Source: Candidatus Falkowbacteria bacterium
GTDB taxonomy: Bacteria > Patescibacteriota > Patescibacteriia > Patescibacteriales > GWE2-39-37
Assembly: GCA_013336275.1 (NCBI GenBank)
Contig: JAAXUA010000001.1
Coordinates: 142,167 to 206,166 of the forward strand
Direction of reading: 5' to 3'
DNA: 64,000 nucleotides
The notes beneath the pieces were generated by a model, which saw nothing but the letters and a program-made list of their open reading frames with translations, ran no database searches and was not told where the DNA came from. The position numbers and the translations under genes were made by a program. Positions 19,599-28,564 of the stretch are shown one piece after another (positions within the stretch are counted from its first letter, which is position 1; each line of letters begins with the position of its first letter).

Positions 19599-20850
19599 CT
19601 TTATTAATCTTGGCTCCGAGCGAGCTCAGTCGTGAATCGATCATCTCATAACCTCGCTCGATCTGGTAGATATTATCGATTTCGGTTTTGCCTTGGGCGA
19701 TCAGTCCGGCGATGATCATGGCGATGCCGGCGCGGAGGTCAGGGCTAGTCAGCTTGCGCCCGGCCAATGGCGTCGGACCATTGACCACCACTCGATGCGG
19801 GTCGCACATGATGATGTCGGCCCCCATCTGCGTGAGCATGTCCGTAAAGAGCAGGCGGCGGTCATAGATGGTCTCGTGGATGATGGAGCTGCCCTTGGTC
19901 TGGGTGGCTAGAACGGTGTATGGAGATTGCAGATCGGTGGGGAAGCCTGGATATTCATGAGTCTTAATACTGTAAGCCTTGAGTTTGCTGCTAGGGAAGA
20001 TTTCCAAGAAATCATTGCCGGTCTTGAATTTGACTCCGATTTTTTCAAAGATGCTAAGCAGTATCTCGATGTGCTCCGGGACGCAGTCGGTGACCTTCAG
20101 GTGCGCCTGCGCAGCAGCGGCCAAGATGGCGAAAGTGCCGGTTTCAATGCGGTCAGGAACAATGCGGAAATCCCCGGCCGAAAGCTTATCAACGCCGTCG
20201 ATGACCATGGTCGGAGTCCCGGCGCCTGCGATTTTGGCACCTTGCGAATTCAGATAGTCGGCCAGGGCCTTTATTTCCGGTTCGCAAGCACAGTTTTTGA
20301 GTACGGTTTTTCCTTTGGCTAGCGTGGCGGCCATCATGAGGGTCTCCGTGCCGGTTACGCTGATGGTGGTAAAGAAATAGGAACAGCCCTTGAGGCGCTT
20401 GGCTTCAAGGTGGTAGTAGCCATCCTTGACTGATAGCTTGGCCCCGAATTCTACGAAGCCTTCGAGAAACAAGTCGATCGGCCTCTTGCCGGCGCCGATA
20501 ACGCAACCGCCGGGATGAGGGAAGCGGACTTCTCCGGTGCGAGCTAAAAGCGGCCCGACAAAAACGATCGAAGCGCGGAGCTTGTTGGCAAATTGCGGCT
20601 TAAGTTCGTTGGTCGCGACCTCGGGTACGTGGATGCGGCATTTATCGCCCTCAAGCGTCACTTCAGCACCAAGGTCCTTGATCAGGTCAAGCGCTTGGTG
20701 CACGTCCTCGATCTGAGGCAGGTTGCTTATGGAGATCGGCTGGGCTGAGAGGAGGGCGGCCGGAATAATCTTAAGGGCAGCGTTTTTTGCACCCTTTACG
20801 GAGATTTCTCCCCCGAGCTCATGTCCTCCTTCGATGATATATTTTGGCAT
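19591..20850 (-). CDS. murA: UDP-N-acetylglucosamine 1-carboxyvinyltransferase
   Basis: GAKNAAL, LRAS, PGGCVIG, EPEI, PDRIE, YPGFPTDLQ, DLRAG, IERGY. Confidence 0.96.
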   Translation of the reverse strand: MPKYIIEGGHELGGEISVKGAKNAALKIIPAALLSAQPISISNLPQIEDVHQALDLIKDLGAEVTLEGDKCRIHVPEVATNELKPQFANKLRASIVFVGPLLARTGEVRFPHPGGCVIGAGKRPIDLFLEGFVEFGAKLSVKDGYYHLEAKRLKGCSYFFTTISVTGTETLMMAATLAKGKTVLKNCACEPEIKALADYLNSQGAKIAGAGTPTMVIDGVDKLSAGDFRIVPDRIETGTFAILAAAAQAHLKVTDCVPEHIEILLSIFEKIGVKFKTGNDFLEIFPSSKLKAYSIKTHEYPGFPTDLQSPYTVLATQTKGSSIIHETIYDRRLLFTDMLTQMGADIIMCDPHRVVVNGPTPLAGRKLTSPDLRAGIAMIIAGLIAQGKTEIDNIYQIERGYEMIDSRLSSLGAKINKVE

Positions 20851-20965
20851 ATTTTGATTATTAATTATTCTCTACTATTTTATACCAAATTTAGCCTAAA
20901 TTCAAGGTTGGCCGTTTGCCCAAAAATAAGATGATTGTTATAATTAAAAAAAATAACCCAACACT

Positions 20966-22246
20966 ATGAACTATAACCAAGAAGGCCGCGGGCCTGTGAG
21001 GCGGCTAGTTTTTATTACTTTAAGCCTGGTCCTTTTAGTGATCGTTTTTCAAGTCGGATTCGTGGCCGGAAAAATAAATGTCAGGCAAGACCAGATACTG
21101 TCATCAGAACAGTCGAAGTCCAAGGTCATCGAAAAGATATTGGGCATCAATCAGGCCACGCCTGAATCGAATGCCCGGAATGTGGATTTTCAGCTTTTTT
21201 GGGATGTCTGGGATACATTGAAGCAGAAATACGTCAAAAAGGACAGCCTGAAGGAAGAAGACCTGTTTTATGGCGCTATTAGGGGCATGGTCGCCGCCGC
21301 TGGCGATCCTTACACTGTATTTCTCGACCCCAAAGAGTCCAAGGTTTTTGCCGATGATTTGGCAGGCACTTTCGAGGGGATAGGCGCTGAAATCGGCATC
21401 AAGAAAGAGCGGTTACTGATTATCGCTCCGCTTCCCGATTCTCCAGCCGAGAAAGCTGGCCTGCGGGCAGGTGACCGCATCTTGGCAATCAATGGCAGCA
21501 CGACCCTGGGCATGAACGTCGACGAAGCTGTGAGCAAGATTCGTGGTGCCAGGGATACGGTCGTGACTTTGACTATCAATCACAACGGAGAAGATTCAGT
21601 GAAGGAAATCAAGATAACCCGAGGCGTTATCGTCGTCAAAAGCGTAAAGACCTCGATGGGCAAAAATGGCATATATACGGTGGCAGTTACCAGTTTTAAT
21701 GATGATACTGAAGTATTATTCAACCAGGCGGTCGATGATATCGTCGCCAAAAAGCCTAAAGGCATCATTTTGGACTTGAGAAATAATCCTGGTGGCTATC
21801 TGAATGTCGCTGTTAGCATGGCGGGTAATTGGCTCGATAAGGGTACTGTAGTCGTCAGCGAACGGTTCGGTGATGGCAAAAGCGATGAGTATCCCGCTGC
21901 CGGACTGGCGAGGCTCAAGGGCATTCCGACAGTTGTACTCGTGAACCAGGGCAGTGCCTCTGCTTCGGAAATCGTTTCTGGCGCTTTGCAGGATCTTGGC
22001 GTGGCCAAACTTGTCGGTAAGCAGACTTTCGGCAAGGGTTCGGTCCAGGTTTTGGATAAGCTGAAGGATGGTTCTTCGCTTAAGGTCACGATCGCCCAGT
22101 GGTTAACGCCTAAGGGTAATAATATAAGCGAGAAGGGCATAACGCCTGATGTGGTCGTGGAATTCAAGAGTGAAGACTATGAGAACAACAAGGATCCTCA
22201 GATGGACAAGGCGATAGAGCTTCTGACCAAGCCCCAATCCAAGTAA
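20966..22246 (+). CDS. ctpA: S41 carboxyl-terminal processing protease
   Basis: DPYT, GIGAEI (PDZ), DLRNNPGG, SASASEI, TFGKGSVQ. Confidence 0.93.
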   Translation: MNYNQEGRGPVRRLVFITLSLVLLVIVFQVGFVAGKINVRQDQILSSEQSKSKVIEKILGINQATPESNARNVDFQLFWDVWDTLKQKYVKKDSLKEEDLFYGAIRGMVAAAGDPYTVFLDPKESKVFADDLAGTFEGIGAEIGIKKERLLIIAPLPDSPAEKAGLRAGDRILAINGSTTLGMNVDEAVSKIRGARDTVVTLTINHNGEDSVKEIKITRGVIVVKSVKTSMGKNGIYTVAVTSFNDDTEVLFNQAVDDIVAKKPKGIILDLRNNPGGYLNVAVSMAGNWLDKGTVVVSERFGDGKSDEYPAAGLARLKGIPTVVLVNQGSASASEIVSGALQDLGVAKLVGKQTFGKGSVQVLDKLKDGSSLKVTIAQWLTPKGNNISEKGITPDVVVEFKSEDYENNKDPQMDKAIELLTKPQSK

Positions 22247-22258
22247 AGAAGACCCGAT

Positions 22259-22302
22259 AATAAATAAAAGAGCGGTTCGTACGAACCGCTCTTTTATTTA
22301 TT
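22259..22302. terminator. Bidirectional terminator, perfect 44-bp palindrome
   Basis: AATAAATAAAAGAGCGGTTCGT|ACGAACCGCTCTTTTATTTATT. Confidence 0.85.
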
Positions 22303-22313
22303 TTGAGATGAGA

Positions 22314-22595
22314 CTATTTGGCTGAAACGACATTGACGATCTTGATCTGACGAAGCTTATTGTTGAACCCAATGATTTTTTTGGTTGAAAACTTCACGAC
22401 GCCGATCGCAGTGGCGAACAAAGTGTCATCCTTGCCGATGCGGACATTGGCACCTGGATGGAATTTGCTGCCGCGCTGCCTGACGATGATTGCGCCTGGC
22501 TTAGCCTGTTCACCTCCATAAAGTTTGACGCCGAGACGTTGACTGTTCGAATCTCGGCCGTTGGATGTGGAGCCACCCGATTTCTTTGTAGACAT
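22314..22595 (-). CDS. rpmA: 50S ribosomal protein L27
   Basis: [40 protein letters not shown]. Confidence 0.97.
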   Translation of the reverse strand: MSTKKSGGSTSNGRDSNSQRLGVKLYGGEQAKPGAIIVRQRGSKFHPGANVRIGKDDTLFATAIGVVKFSTKKIIGFNNKLRQIKIVNVVSAK

Positions 22596-22825
22596 AGGAA
22601 CCGCCCGTTAATTGTTGCCAAGCCACGACTTGAGCTTAACGAGTAATTATTACTAGTATTAAACAAAAAAATAAGATCCCGTAGGGCTTATTTAATAATG
22701 AATTTAGTTTAACATTTAATTACTCATATGTCAACATTTCGACGGCGGGTGAGTACTCGGTTCTTAACAGCCCCGAAGGAGTGAAAAAGAACTGCTTAAT
22801 AAATCTAGCCATTTCTTGTCTTGAC

Positions 22826-22853
22826 TTGACAAGGGCAAATAATCTGATATATT
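22826..22853 (+). promoter_or_regulatory. Sigma70-type promoter of the Rrf2-isc operon
   Basis: TTGACA-16 nt-TATATT with extended TG. Confidence 0.5.
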
Positions 22854-22880
22854 TCTAATACCAAGTAATTTAGTAGGATT

Positions 22881-23285
22881 ATGAAATTTTCAACCAAGAC
22901 CACCTATGGCCTTCGTGCGATGATTTGCCTTGGCCGTAATTGGCAGCAGGGAGATTTGTCATTGACGGAGATCGCCCAAAAGGAAAAGATGTCCTTGTCT
23001 TACTTGGAACAACTATTCGCCAAAATGAGACAGGCGAAGTTGGTAGTCGGTAGCCGCGGGTCAGGTGGCGGTTATCAGTTATCTCGTGAGCCGAAGGCCG
23101 TTTCGGTCTTTGAAATCATCTCTGCCCTTGAGGGCGAGACGGAGTTATTTTATTGTTTGGCTGAAAATGGTAAAATTCATTGTAGTGCGGATTGCCATTG
23201 CGGAGTGAATCTGGTTTTCAAAAAAACCAATGATGCGCTCAAGAACGCATTGACTGATCTGACGCTAGATAAGCTTTTATCATAA
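22881..23285 (+). CDS. Rrf2 family regulator (IscR-like)
   Basis: YGLRAM, SYLEQL, SRGSGGGYQL, three C-terminal Cys (C..C...C.C). Confidence 0.88.
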   Translation: MKFSTKTTYGLRAMICLGRNWQQGDLSLTEIAQKEKMSLSYLEQLFAKMRQAKLVVGSRGSGGGYQLSREPKAVSVFEIISALEGETELFYCLAENGKIHCSADCHCGVNLVFKKTNDALKNALTDLTLDKLLS

Positions 23286-23289
23286 ACAT

Positions 23290-24051
23290 ATCAAACACAA
23301 AAAACTCTCGAAGTTAGCGGTATTCGCTATTTTAGTTGTTATGTTCGGTTTTAAGGCCGTTCAAGCCGATTCGTCTCTGGATTCCGACCATGACAAGGTG
23401 TCTGATCAGGATGAAATCCTGGTTTACCACACTGATCCGCAGAATGCAGACACGGACAATGACGGCTTTACCGATGGCGATGAACTCAAGAACGGCTATT
23501 CGCCATATGATGGCAAAAAAGCGCTTAGGCTTGAGGATGGTGACGCCGATAAAGACGGCTTATCCGACCGAATGGAACTTAATTTCCGTTCCAACCCGGT
23601 AGCGGTCGACACAGACGGCGATGGCTTCGGAGACAACGAAGAAGTCAAGAACGGCTTTGACCCGACCAAGCCGAACGAGAAGCTGGCCAAAAGGATCGAG
23701 GTCAATCTGGCCAAACAGGAGCTCGCGTACTTCCTGGGTAGTGTCAGGCTCGGCACCTCAACCGTTTCTACCGGCCGCCCATCGATGCCGACCCCGAAGG
23801 GCACCTTTAAAATAGCCAACAAGAACCGCCGCGCCTGGTCGAAAAGTTACGGCCTCTGGATGCCTTATTGGATGGGCATTTCCGGCGGACGAGTCGGTTT
23901 CCATGAATTGCCAGAGTGGCCCAACGGTTACAAAGAAGGGGCGAATCATCTGGGCAAGCCTGTGTCTCATGGCTGCATCCGTTTGGGCGTCGGTCCAGCG
24001 GAAAAGCTTTATAAGTGGGCCGAGGTAGGCACTGCTGTAATAATTTATTAA
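23290..24051 (+). CDS. Secreted L,D-transpeptidase (YkuD) with four acidic Ca-binding DxDxDG-type repeats
   Basis: DSDHDKVSD/DTDNDGFTD/DADKDGLSD/DTDGDGFGD repeats; VSTG...TPKG, FH...SHGCIRL; first canonical start is 23341, but the signal peptide extends upstream in frame to ~23290. Confidence 0.85.
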   Translation: MKHKKLSKLAVFAILVVMFGFKAVQADSSLDSDHDKVSDQDEILVYHTDPQNADTDNDGFTDGDELKNGYSPYDGKKALRLEDGDADKDGLSDRMELNFRSNPVAVDTDGDGFGDNEEVKNGFDPTKPNEKLAKRIEVNLAKQELAYFLGSVRLGTSTVSTGRPSMPTPKGTFKIANKNRRAWSKSYGLWMPYWMGISGGRVGFHELPEWPNGYKEGANHLGKPVSHGCIRLGVGPAEKLYKWAEVGTAVIIY

Positions 24052-24070
24052 TAAGCGATCAAAAGACAAT

Positions 24071-24460
24071 ATGATATATACCAAGCAAGTGATCAAGCAT
24101 TTCAAGAACCCCCACAATCAGGGCGTGATAAAGAATGCTGATGCTGTCGGCCAAAAGGGCAATGCCGCTTGCGGCGATGTGATGAAGATCTATCTGAAGA
24201 TAGATTCGAAGGGGACCAAGTCCAAGCCCGGACCGGTAATCAAGGATATTAAGTTCGAAACTTTGGGCTGTGCCGCAGCAATCGCTGTTTCCTCGGCCCT
24301 GACTGACAGGGTCAAGGGCAAAGGAATCGATGAGGCCTTGGCCATAACCAAGGACGATGTCGTTAAGGATTTAGGAGGGCTTCCAGCGCCGAAAATCCAC
24401 TGTTCCATGCTTGGTCTCGAGGCTTTGCATGAAGCGATCAAACAATATAATTCAAAATAG
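24071..24460 (+). CDS. iscU: Fe-S cluster scaffold IscU/NifU-N
   Basis: HFKNPHNQG, GNAACGD, GCAAAIA, KIHC. Confidence 0.92.
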   Translation: MIYTKQVIKHFKNPHNQGVIKNADAVGQKGNAACGDVMKIYLKIDSKGTKSKPGPVIKDIKFETLGCAAAIAVSSALTDRVKGKGIDEALAITKDDVVKDLGGLPAPKIHCSMLGLEALHEAIKQYNSK

Positions 24461-24467
24461 CAAAAAT

Positions 24468-24692
24468 ATGAAAGCTAAGATTGAGAAACAACTCGAAAAG
24501 ATCCGTCCAGCCTTGCAAATGGATGGCGGCGATGTCGAATTCGTCAACTTTGATGAGGCTACCGGCAAACTCGAAGTCCGCCTGCTTGGCCACTGCGCGC
24601 ATTGCCCGATGTCGCAAATCACCTTGAAGCAGGGAATCGAGGCGACAATCCGCGAGAATATCCCTGAAGTCAAAAGCGTTGAAGCTGCCTGA
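24468..24692 (+). CDS. NifU C-terminal domain (Nfu-type) Fe-S carrier
   Basis: IRPALQMDGGDVE, GHCAHCPMS..TLKQGIE. Confidence 0.92.
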   Translation: MKAKIEKQLEKIRPALQMDGGDVEFVNFDEATGKLEVRLLGHCAHCPMSQITLKQGIEATIRENIPEVKSVEAA

Positions 24693-24693
24693 T

Positions 24694-25935
24694 ATGAAAA
24701 AAGAAAAAGCCATATATTTTGACCATAGCGCCACAACCCCGGTCGATGCCGATGTCCTTAAAGCCATGTTGCCATATTTCTCTGAGAATTATGGCAACCC
24801 TTCTTCAGTGCATCAGTTCGGCCAGCGAGCTATGGCGGGAGTTGACCAAGCCAGGACCGAGGCGGCTAATTTCCTGAACTGCGCCACAGATGAAGTCGTC
24901 TTCACCTCAGGGGCCACCGAGGCCAATAACTTGGCGCTGAAAGGCGTCATTGCGGCCTTGCGCAAGAAAGAGCCGGGCAAGAAACTGCACATCATAACTT
25001 CTGTGGTCGAACACGACTCCGTCCTTGAACCGATCGCCGAATTGGAGCGTTCAGGTGTCGAGGTTACCCATGTTCCAGTAGACAAGAACGGCGTAGTCAA
25101 CTTGAAAAAGATCGAAGCCTCTATCAAGGAAAACACAGCCTTGGTTTCGATCATGTATGTCAACAGCGAAGTCGGAAGTATCCAGCCGATCAAGGCCATA
25201 GGAAAGTCGATTTCTAAAATCAATGACCGAAGATTGAAGGATTGGAATAATCTTAAGCCGGAACTCCGCGCGGAAAAGCCACGACCTATCTATTTCCATA
25301 CTGACGCCACTCAGGCGGCCAACTTTTTTTCTTGCAACACCCAGGCCTTATATGTCGACCTTCTTTCCTTGTCGGCACACAAGATTTACGGTCCCAAGGG
25401 AGTGGGCCTGCTTTATGTAAACAAAAGGGTTGCACTTCTGGCCCAGCAGCTTGGTGGCCACCATGAGAATAACCGCCGCAGCGGTACTATAAACTCCGCC
25501 GGCATAGTCGGCCTGGGGCGAGCCTTGCGTAATCTGACGCCGGAAAACCAAGAAAAGCATAGCCGCAAGATTTATAAGCTGCGTGACTTGCTGGCAGAGG
25601 GGCTTTTGAAAAATATTCCTGGGGCCATACTTAATACCGATCGCCAGAATGCCACGCCAGCCCACGCGCATTTTTCATTTCCCGGCGTGGAGGGCGAGAC
25701 GACCCTTATCGCCCTTGATTTGGAGGGTATTGCCGTCTCTACGGGCTCGGCCTGTGCTTCGAATAGCTTGAAGGCCTCGCATGTGCTTATAGCTATGGGA
25801 ATTAAGGTGGAAGTTGCCCACACTTCGATCCGTTTTACCCTGGGTAAACACAGTGCACCGGCCGACGTTAAGAAGCTGATCACTGTCCTGCCACCGATAA
25901 TCAAGCGATTCAGGGACATGTCACCATTGAAATAG
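24694..25935 (+). CDS. iscS: Cysteine desulfurase (IscS/NifS group I)
   Basis: YFDHSATTP, GNPSSVH, FTSGATEANN, SAHKIYGPKG, STGSAC. Confidence 0.93.
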   Translation: MKKEKAIYFDHSATTPVDADVLKAMLPYFSENYGNPSSVHQFGQRAMAGVDQARTEAANFLNCATDEVVFTSGATEANNLALKGVIAALRKKEPGKKLHIITSVVEHDSVLEPIAELERSGVEVTHVPVDKNGVVNLKKIEASIKENTALVSIMYVNSEVGSIQPIKAIGKSISKINDRRLKDWNNLKPELRAEKPRPIYFHTDATQAANFFSCNTQALYVDLLSLSAHKIYGPKGVGLLYVNKRVALLAQQLGGHHENNRRSGTINSAGIVGLGRALRNLTPENQEKHSRKIYKLRDLLAEGLLKNIPGAILNTDRQNATPAHAHFSFPGVEGETTLIALDLEGIAVSTGSACASNSLKASHVLIAMGIKVEVAHTSIRFTLGKHSAPADVKKLITVLPPIIKRFRDMSPLK

Positions 25936-25984
25936 TCCATAACAAAAACGCCCCCAAGCTGGGGGGCGTTTTTGTTATGGACTA
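25933..25984. terminator. Bidirectional terminator spanning stop codon to stop codon
   Basis: Perfect 23-bp IR TAGTCCATAACAAAAACGCCCCC-AAGCTG-GGGGGCGTTTTTGTTATGGACTA. Confidence 0.85.
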
Positions 25985-26254
25985 ATCAAAAATGTCGTGG
26001 GTACGATCGGGTTCGGGCAGTTCTTTCTTGGCTTTGATGCGTCCAAGAATCTGGTCAAAACGCTTGACGTTGATCGAGTCGTTTGCGACCTTGCCTTTTA
26101 GGTCCAAAAGGCTAACGGAGGAAGTTAGCGTCTGGTAAAAGTTGGTATAAAGGAAGTTGACGGTATAGGCGGTGGCTAAAATACCCGAAATTGCTATCAG
26201 GATGTAGGCGTAAAAAATTATTTTTTTGTATGGGATCTTGTATTTCAGTTTCAT
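25982..26254 (-). CDS. Small bitopic protein at the end of the pilMNO operon
   Basis: 90 aa, one TM, co-oriented and adjacent to pilO. Confidence 0.65.
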   Translation of the reverse strand: MKLKYKIPYKKIIFYAYILIAISGILATAYTVNFLYTNFYQTLTSSVSLLDLKGKVANDSINVKRFDQILGRIKAKKELPEPDRTHDIFD

Positions 26255-26264
26255 AGATTTAGCA

Positions 26265-26837
26265 TTATTGCCAGTAGGTTTCGACCGACAAGTTCGCTGA
26301 AATATTGTTTCGCGTCATGCCGTTCTCATCGACATTGGTGGCTGAGGTACTGATAATATCAATGGATTTGACATTAACGTAACTGCCTAAGGTTTCAAGG
26401 TCATGGAGGTATGCCAGGAGAGTGCGGTATGAGCCTTCTAAGGAAATTTGCAACGGTATTTTTTTGAAGCTGCTTTTGGATTTCTGGGCCTTGCCTAGAG
26501 CAAGTTTCTGCTTAAGGTTATGCTTGGTCGCTAGCTCCTCCAAGCTGGTGATGAAGTTGACTTGCTCGGTTTCCTTGATGAAGACTTGGTCAAGCGTGGC
26601 GATATCCGGCTCGATTTTCTTAAGGTTGGCATTAAGCTTCTTGATGCTTTGCCCGCGCTGGTATTTTACTTCGAGATCGATCAGCTGCGTGTCGATTTCT
26701 TTCTTGATCCTGTTGATGTCGTCGATATTCGGCAGGATCAGGAAATAAATCAACGAGCCTGAAATCCCGATCAGGACCAGGTTGATCAACAGTATTTTTT
26801 CCTTGAGACCAAGTTTTTTTACGGAAGAAAGATTCAT
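26265..26837 (-). CDS. pilO: Type IV pilus assembly protein PilO-like
   Basis: TM + coiled coil + ISLEGSY..LLAYLHDLE..VNVKSI; follows pilMN. Confidence 0.78.
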   Translation of the reverse strand: MNLSSVKKLGLKEKILLINLVLIGISGSLIYFLILPNIDDINRIKKEIDTQLIDLEVKYQRGQSIKKLNANLKKIEPDIATLDQVFIKETEQVNFITSLEELATKHNLKQKLALGKAQKSKSSFKKIPLQISLEGSYRTLLAYLHDLETLGSYVNVKSIDIISTSATNVDENGMTRNNISANLSVETYWQ

Positions 26838-27370
26838 GGCTTTAACGACTCAACTTTGAATTTTGTAACTATCTCGAAATTGATATTTTCCTTTTGCAGC
26901 ATGTTGGAGAGGGGAAAATCGAATTTGTCGAACATGACGACGTCTTCGTAGGAATTTTTCAGGGCGATGAGGGCATCGCGGGTTTTGGCTACGCCGGTTA
27001 TGCGGATATTCTTGTCTGAGCTGGCCTTGACTGAAGTGAAAACGATATCATCCGGAGTCGAGGTTGCCAGCTGGTCCAGCAGTTTGGTCCAGACGATGAA
27101 ATCGGTCTGTACCTGGTCGACTGAGGTGATCTTGTTGTTGATGTCGCGGACCTTGGATGCTGAGCCCTGGGTATTCTTGGTGATGAGGGTGGTCTGGTCG
27201 ATGGTGGTATTGAAAGTGTTTTGCAATAAGATTTTTGCGACCAGGATGAGGATGGCGATAAGGCAGACGAAAATAATCACGACCAAGTCGATTTTCTTAA
27301 GGAGAAGATGCAGGTGCTTGATTTTTATCTCTTTCTTCTTTTGTTCAGAGATTAGGTTAAGGGTAATCAT
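26834..27370 (-). CDS. pilN: Type IV pilus assembly protein PilN-like
   Basis: ITLNLI N-terminal PilM-binding-like motif, TM, WTKLLDQL..TPDDIVF, ITGVA. Confidence 0.78.
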   Translation of the reverse strand: MITLNLISEQKKKEIKIKHLHLLLKKIDLVVIIFVCLIAILILVAKILLQNTFNTTIDQTTLITKNTQGSASKVRDINNKITSVDQVQTDFIVWTKLLDQLATSTPDDIVFTSVKASSDKNIRITGVAKTRDALIALKNSYEDVVMFDKFDFPLSNMLQKENINFEIVTKFKVESLKP

Positions 27371-27375
27371 GCCGA

Positions 27376-28521
27376 CTATAATTCATCAATGAATAATCCG
27401 CGCAACCCGAGGCCGATAGCGGTGGCGAATGCTAGGCTCGAGTTTTGGGTATATGTAAGGTCGTCGCCGGAGTTATTTTTACCAGCATCAAGTGAAAGGC
27501 TGTAAGTCTCGGCAAAAAGGTGGTTTATTTTTTCGCGGTCATCCTTGATGTTCAATAGCGGATCACCGAGCAAAACCGGCAAACCGAGCGAATCGGCCAA
27601 TATCTTGTCGATGTTCTCGATATTCGAACCGCCTCCGCACAAAAAAACGCTGCCGATCGCGCCTTGCCCAGGGAAGTGCGTTTCATAATAGCTTAGGACC
27701 TCTTTTATTTTTTTGACCAATTCGCCGATCTGGCTTGCGAGTATCTCACGGATGACGCCTTCGGCCTTTTCCTCATCCAGCCCGCAGATTATCTTGGCGC
27801 GCTCGGCCTGGTCGCGGTCTATCTTCAGGTTGTCGGCGATGTTCTTGGTTACCGCCTCTCCGGAAATCGGCAAGCTGACCGTAAAAAGGATGGTCTTGTG
27901 CGCGTAAAAAATCATGCTAGTCCGCTTGGCTCCGATGTCGAGTATGGCATAGTTGTTGGTCTGGTCGCTTTTGATTCGGCTATTTTCTTCCGGTAGGAGG
28001 GCTCGGCAGATGGCACTGGACTCGATCTCGAGGGCAAAGACTGAAAGCCCCAGCTCATCAAAGATGTTGGAGTAGTCGTCGACAATCTGCTTCGGCGCTG
28101 CGCCAAGCAGGACGAGATTCTTGCCCTGATCCTTGCTGACGATCTGCCAGTCGAAGTATATTTCGTCGACAGGCAAGGGAATATGCTTTTCCATCTCGGC
28201 CAAGATCGTTTCTCTCAAGTCGTTCGGGCCGTTGTCAATCTCGATAAGTTTTACGAAGGTTTTGTTTTCTGGCAGGCAAGCGGTCACTTCATGGGAAGAG
28301 ACCTTGCCGAAGCGAGGAGTGTCTATCAGATTTTTCAGGTATTTAACCAGTTCGTCGCGGTTCTTTATTTCGCCGTCGTCAATAATGCCGGCCGGAAGGT
28401 CGATCTTGCTTATTGCTTGGATGGAAAATGATTCACCGGCCTTGTTCAGTTGGACGAGCTTGAGGGAAAAATCGGAAATGTCCAGGCCGATGGGAAATTC
28501 GGAAGTATTGCTGAGTAGCAT
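27376..28521 (-). CDS. pilM: Type IV pilus assembly protein PilM
   Basis: IGLDISDFSLKLVQL, HIPLPVDEIYFDW, LDIGAKRT, LCGGGS, ATAIGLGL. Confidence 0.9.
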   Translation of the reverse strand: MLLSNTSEFPIGLDISDFSLKLVQLNKAGESFSIQAISKIDLPAGIIDDGEIKNRDELVKYLKNLIDTPRFGKVSSHEVTACLPENKTFVKLIEIDNGPNDLRETILAEMEKHIPLPVDEIYFDWQIVSKDQGKNLVLLGAAPKQIVDDYSNIFDELGLSVFALEIESSAICRALLPEENSRIKSDQTNNYAILDIGAKRTSMIFYAHKTILFTVSLPISGEAVTKNIADNLKIDRDQAERAKIICGLDEEKAEGVIREILASQIGELVKKIKEVLSYYETHFPGQGAIGSVFLCGGGSNIENIDKILADSLGLPVLLGDPLLNIKDDREKINHLFAETYSLSLDAGKNNSGDDLTYTQNSSLAFATAIGLGLRGLFIDEL

Positions 28522-28564
28522 AAAATATTTAGATGCGGAACCACATTTAAATTATAGCATATTT

